A DNA stretch of 63,969 nt, counting the filler, from an uncultured bacterium (lineage in GTDB: Bacteria > Hinthialibacterota > Hinthialibacteria > Hinthialibacterales > Hinthialibacteraceae), in NCBI GenBank assembly GCA_964449065.1. It is 5 parts of 5 records of this genome, joined end to end, with 100 filler letters (N's around TTAATTAATTAA, not from the genome) between each part and the next. Parts side by side here need not be neighbours in the genome. Positions count along the whole stretch, not along the records: positions 56,766 to 63,969 come from CAYVAZ010000264.1; 4 more parts are not named here. One strand, written 5' to 3'. How positions within the stretch are numbered: the first letter of the stretch is position 1; each line of letters begins with the position of its first letter. A program made the translations under genes and the position numbers. Below, piece after piece: positions 61,116-63,969 of the stretch. The notes beneath the pieces were generated by a model that saw only the letters and a list, made by a program, of their open reading frames with translations, had not been told where the DNA came from and did not search any database.

Positions 61116-61397
61116 ATGATCACAAGCTTTGCGTGCAAAGAAACGGAAAAAATTTACCACGGACAGCGTTCAAAGAAGCTGCCAAGCGGCATACAGAGGA
61201 CCGCCAGACGTAAGCTGATTTATTTGGATGAAGCGGAAGTCATTGAAGATTTAAAAGCACCCCCGGCCAATGATTTGGAAAAACGGAAAAAAGACCGGAA
61301 AGGACAGTGGAGCATCCGAATCAATAATCAATGGAGAATTTGTTTCAAATGGATGGCGCCGAACGCATCGAATGTAGAAATTGTTGATTATCATTGA
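61116..61397 (+). CDS. higB: HigB (RelE-family) toxin
   Basis: MITSFACKETEK, ARRKL, DLKAPPAN.LE, GQWSIRINNQWRICF, VEIVDYH. Confidence 0.93.
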   Translation: MITSFACKETEKIYHGQRSKKLPSGIQRTARRKLIYLDEAEVIEDLKAPPANDLEKRKKDRKGQWSIRINNQWRICFKWMAPNASNVEIVDYH

Positions 61398-61413
61398 GAG
61401 AGAGAAAAAAAAC

Positions 61414-61716
61414 ATGGTGAAAAGTCTATTATGCATACACCCAGGAGAATTCCTGCTGGAAGACTTCATGAAACCTTATGGCCTTACCCAATACAGACTC
61501 GCGAAAGAAATCGGGGTTACCCCCATTCGCATCAGCGAAATTGTAAATGGAAAGCGTTCGATTACTGCCGATACCGCCTTGCGGCTCAGCCGCTATTTTG
61601 GAACCACACCGCAAATATGGCTTCGCTTACAAGTACGCTATGATTTGGAAAAAGCGGAAAAAGAGTTCGGGAAAAAAATAGACCGTGAAGTGAAAGAATT
61701 CAAGAAAGTGGTTTGA
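61414..61716 (+). CDS. higA: HigA antitoxin
   Basis: HPGEFLLEDF, ISEIVNGKRSITADTALRL, WLRLQ..YDL. Confidence 0.95.
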   Translation: MVKSLLCIHPGEFLLEDFMKPYGLTQYRLAKEIGVTPIRISEIVNGKRSITADTALRLSRYFGTTPQIWLRLQVRYDLEKAEKEFGKKIDREVKEFKKVV

Positions 61717-61955
61717 AAGTGAGATGGGTCGCGGCTATTCGCGAACCCCATCAAGCAGCCGTAGGATGGGCAAAGCCGTATCTTGCCCATCAGGATCATG
61801 GGTATGAGAAGTAGCGAGTAGGATGCGCACAAAACAACCGTGCCCATATACGGGGCTCAATAGTGACGCCGCCAGCAGTGTATATTAGGAGGCAGCAGCT
61901 TTATTGACAGATTGATTGAGTTTCGCTAGCGTATTGGAGAGAATACAATAAGCAC

Positions 61956-62240
61956 ATGGCAATGAAATTTTACGACTGGAATAACGAGAAGAATGAACGA
62001 CTGAAACAATTACGCGGAGTCTCGTTTGAACAGGTCGTGTTGGCTATCGCTTCCGGTGATCTGATCGACCGTTTGAAACATCCGAACCCTGAGAAATATC
62101 CCAACCAGATGGTGTTTCTTGTGAGGATTGAAGACTACATCTAATCCGTGCCGTTTATTGAAGATGATGAGAAAATATTTTTAAAAACGATCATACCCAA
62201 TAGAAGGGCAACGAAGAAGCATTTAGGAGAACAGAAATGA
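61956..62240 (+). pseudogene. BrnT/DUF497-like toxin with premature TAA
   Basis: WNNEKN..L...RGVSFE..HPN..KYPNQ..YI*SVPFIED..IFLKTIIPNRRATK; frame continues to a TGA overlapping the antitoxin ATG. Confidence 0.88.
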
Positions 62241-62515
62241 GTAAACCAAAATATTCCGACGAGGAAGAATTGCAATTGACAAAGTCGTTGGAGAACGAAG
62301 AATGGGTTTCCGACCTTCCCAACAAAGATAAGAAACGCTATGAGGAATACGCTCGAAAAAGCGTAACGAAACAGAGAAGGGTCAACATCAGGATGACGGA
62401 GAGGGATTTAAGGAAAATCCAAGCAAAAGCGATAGAGGAAGGCGTTCCGTATCAATCTCTCATTTCGATGCTCATTCATAAGTACAACGAAGGGAAAATA
62501 TTAATTCATAAATAG
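62237..62515 (+). CDS. CopG/BrnA-like antitoxin
   Basis: EE....E..EW, RVNIRM...DL..IQ.KA.EEG.PYQSLI...HKY. Confidence 0.9.
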   Translation: MSKPKYSDEEELQLTKSLENEEWVSDLPNKDKKRYEEYARKSVTKQRRVNIRMTERDLRKIQAKAIEEGVPYQSLISMLIHKYNEGKILIHK

Positions 62516-62712
62516 CATCACATTATATCAAGTATAATAGATCAATTGATGATGTAATGTATTCGGAAAAAATGGGTATCCGTTTAAAAGCGTATCTGCA
62601 AGAAACAATGGATAGAATAAAGCGAAATTTTTCGATTTATGTTGACTATCAAGATAATTTATAATAAACTAAAGTAACCATTGAATAATTTGTTAGACGT
62701 AGAGATCGAACG

Positions 62713-62982
62713 ATGGACGAGATGCCAGAACATCGGATCATATGGCGCAACAGCGTTGCTGCTGCCGTGAACCGCATTGTTCAGCGCACGGGGCGGCGAA
62801 CCTTCTCTCGCGATGAGTTGATCCGGCATGAGATGGATCGAATCATTGAAGAGACCCAATCGAATGGGCGTACACCCCGGCAGACGCTAAGTCGTGTCCT
62901 ACAGGAACTCCGAGACGATGGTGAGATCGAGTTCCTAGTTTGTCGAGGAGAGTACCGAGCCATTAGGGAGGAGGTTCGGTGA
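62713..62982 (+). CDS. Small winged-helix protein resembling the DpnI C-terminal domain
   Basis: TPRQTLSRVLQELRDDGEIEFL..RGEYR. Confidence 0.6.
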   Translation: MDEMPEHRIIWRNSVAAAVNRIVQRTGRRTFSRDELIRHEMDRIIEETQSNGRTPRQTLSRVLQELRDDGEIEFLVCRGEYRAIREEVR

Positions 62983-63329
62983 GCCAGCCGGTTCACGAGC
63001 ATCTAATCAGTAGCGCAATGAGCAGGATGGGGCTCTTCGCAAAATCCATCGTGACCATCTTCACTTACACTATATCAATCACGGGCGAGACGTGCCGCTC
63101 GGTGGCAAAAGCGGCTAATAAAAAGGGAACGACGAGCGTAATAAAGGGGCGGTGCCTCGAGTGGATCATGAGGGCTAACGGTGTGGCTTACTAGTAATAG
63201 GTGACAGAGTACCGACCTTAATAGACAAAAATAAACTGCAAAAAAAACACAAAAATTGATTGTCTAGATTATTAAGAGACAATATTAAAAATCTATTAAT
63301 AAAGTAGTCGACTAACACGCCATGCCATC

Positions 63330-63683
63330 ATGATTACGAAATTGCTACTCGGAGTTGGTTATTTCTTTGGAGGTTTTATCCTCGCCAGTCTCGTTGCAGT
63401 TGCACTTGGTTTTGCTCTTTGTGCAATCATCGGCCTTTTCAATATTTTTCGCTACAAGTGGACATGGGCACTAATTCTCATGTATTTGGTATTATCGATT
63501 ATCTCTATGTTTTTGATTCAGTTTTTGTTTTTTCTTTTTGGAACACTCGGGTACTATACTGATTACAAGATGCAGAAAATGGTTTTTGTTGGTTTTGCGT
63601 TTCCAGGCATATTCATATTTAAGTTGATTCCACCTTTCATCAAGATCGCACTAAGACAAACGAGAGGTTTGATGACAGAATGA
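63330..63683 (+). CDS. Hypothetical multi-pass membrane protein (cassette-like)
   Basis: Three hydrophobic segments, AT-rich; followed by GGCTAACAA at about 63688. Confidence 0.7.
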   Translation: MITKLLLGVGYFFGGFILASLVAVALGFALCAIIGLFNIFRYKWTWALILMYLVLSIISMFLIQFLFFLFGTLGYYTDYKMQKMVFVGFAFPGIFIFKLIPPFIKIALRQTRGLMTE

Positions 63684-63969
63684 AAACGGCTAACAATATC
63701 CTCTTTAGCGAACAGTTATCCCACTAGGCTGATGATTCTTTCTTAAGATTTTGTTCGCTATCATTACAGTTGGTAGTGAGTAGGATGGGTTGAGTCTCTT
63801 CGCGAAACCCATCGAGCAGCCGTAGAATGAACACAGTCTTTTCGTGCCCATCATTCATGGAAATGTGAGTAATATGACTTGGCAATAACCACATAAGGTT
63901 ATACCATAACCTATACAATATGAAGTCAAAATCAAAAAGAAAATAAACCGCAGGCTGAAAACACTGCCT

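Noticed and set aside
59197..63852. Repeat-spacer pattern as a CRISPR array
   Set aside because: Repeats are degenerate, spacers are gene-sized, and no cas genes are present

Overview
The window is five unrelated contigs joined by artificial 100-bp linkers (N44-TTAATTAATTAA-N44 at 14225-14324, 28466-28565, 42699-42798, 56666-56765), so adjacency across linkers is meaningless. Contig 1 (1-14224) looks GC-richer than the rest. It carries a short, catalytically inactive prokaryotic Argonaute whose upstream APAZ-type partner is reduced to its last ~65 codons next to an IS21 element. A tightly coupled downstream acidic ORF (1269 to <1, at least 423 aa) is missing from the ORF track. It also has an IS481 remnant, a 5'-truncated DUF5675-like gene and a >2600-aa orphan lipoprotein. 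Contigs 2-5 share repeat families and appear to come from one free-living bacterium. They hold housekeeping genes (pdxA, ruvB, yggS, three tRNAs, sodN, PPIase, sulfatase), a fliF-fliG-fliH-fliI-fliJ cluster with a FliJ-MotE-like fusion and an inserted nucleoside deoxyribosyltransferase, and cohesin/dockerin surface proteins. They also hold a low-GC DUF4365 two-gene cassette and an array of four toxin-antitoxin modules separated by decayed attC-like sites and GTAG-type REP composites. All family assignments come from motif recognition by eye; no database search was run.
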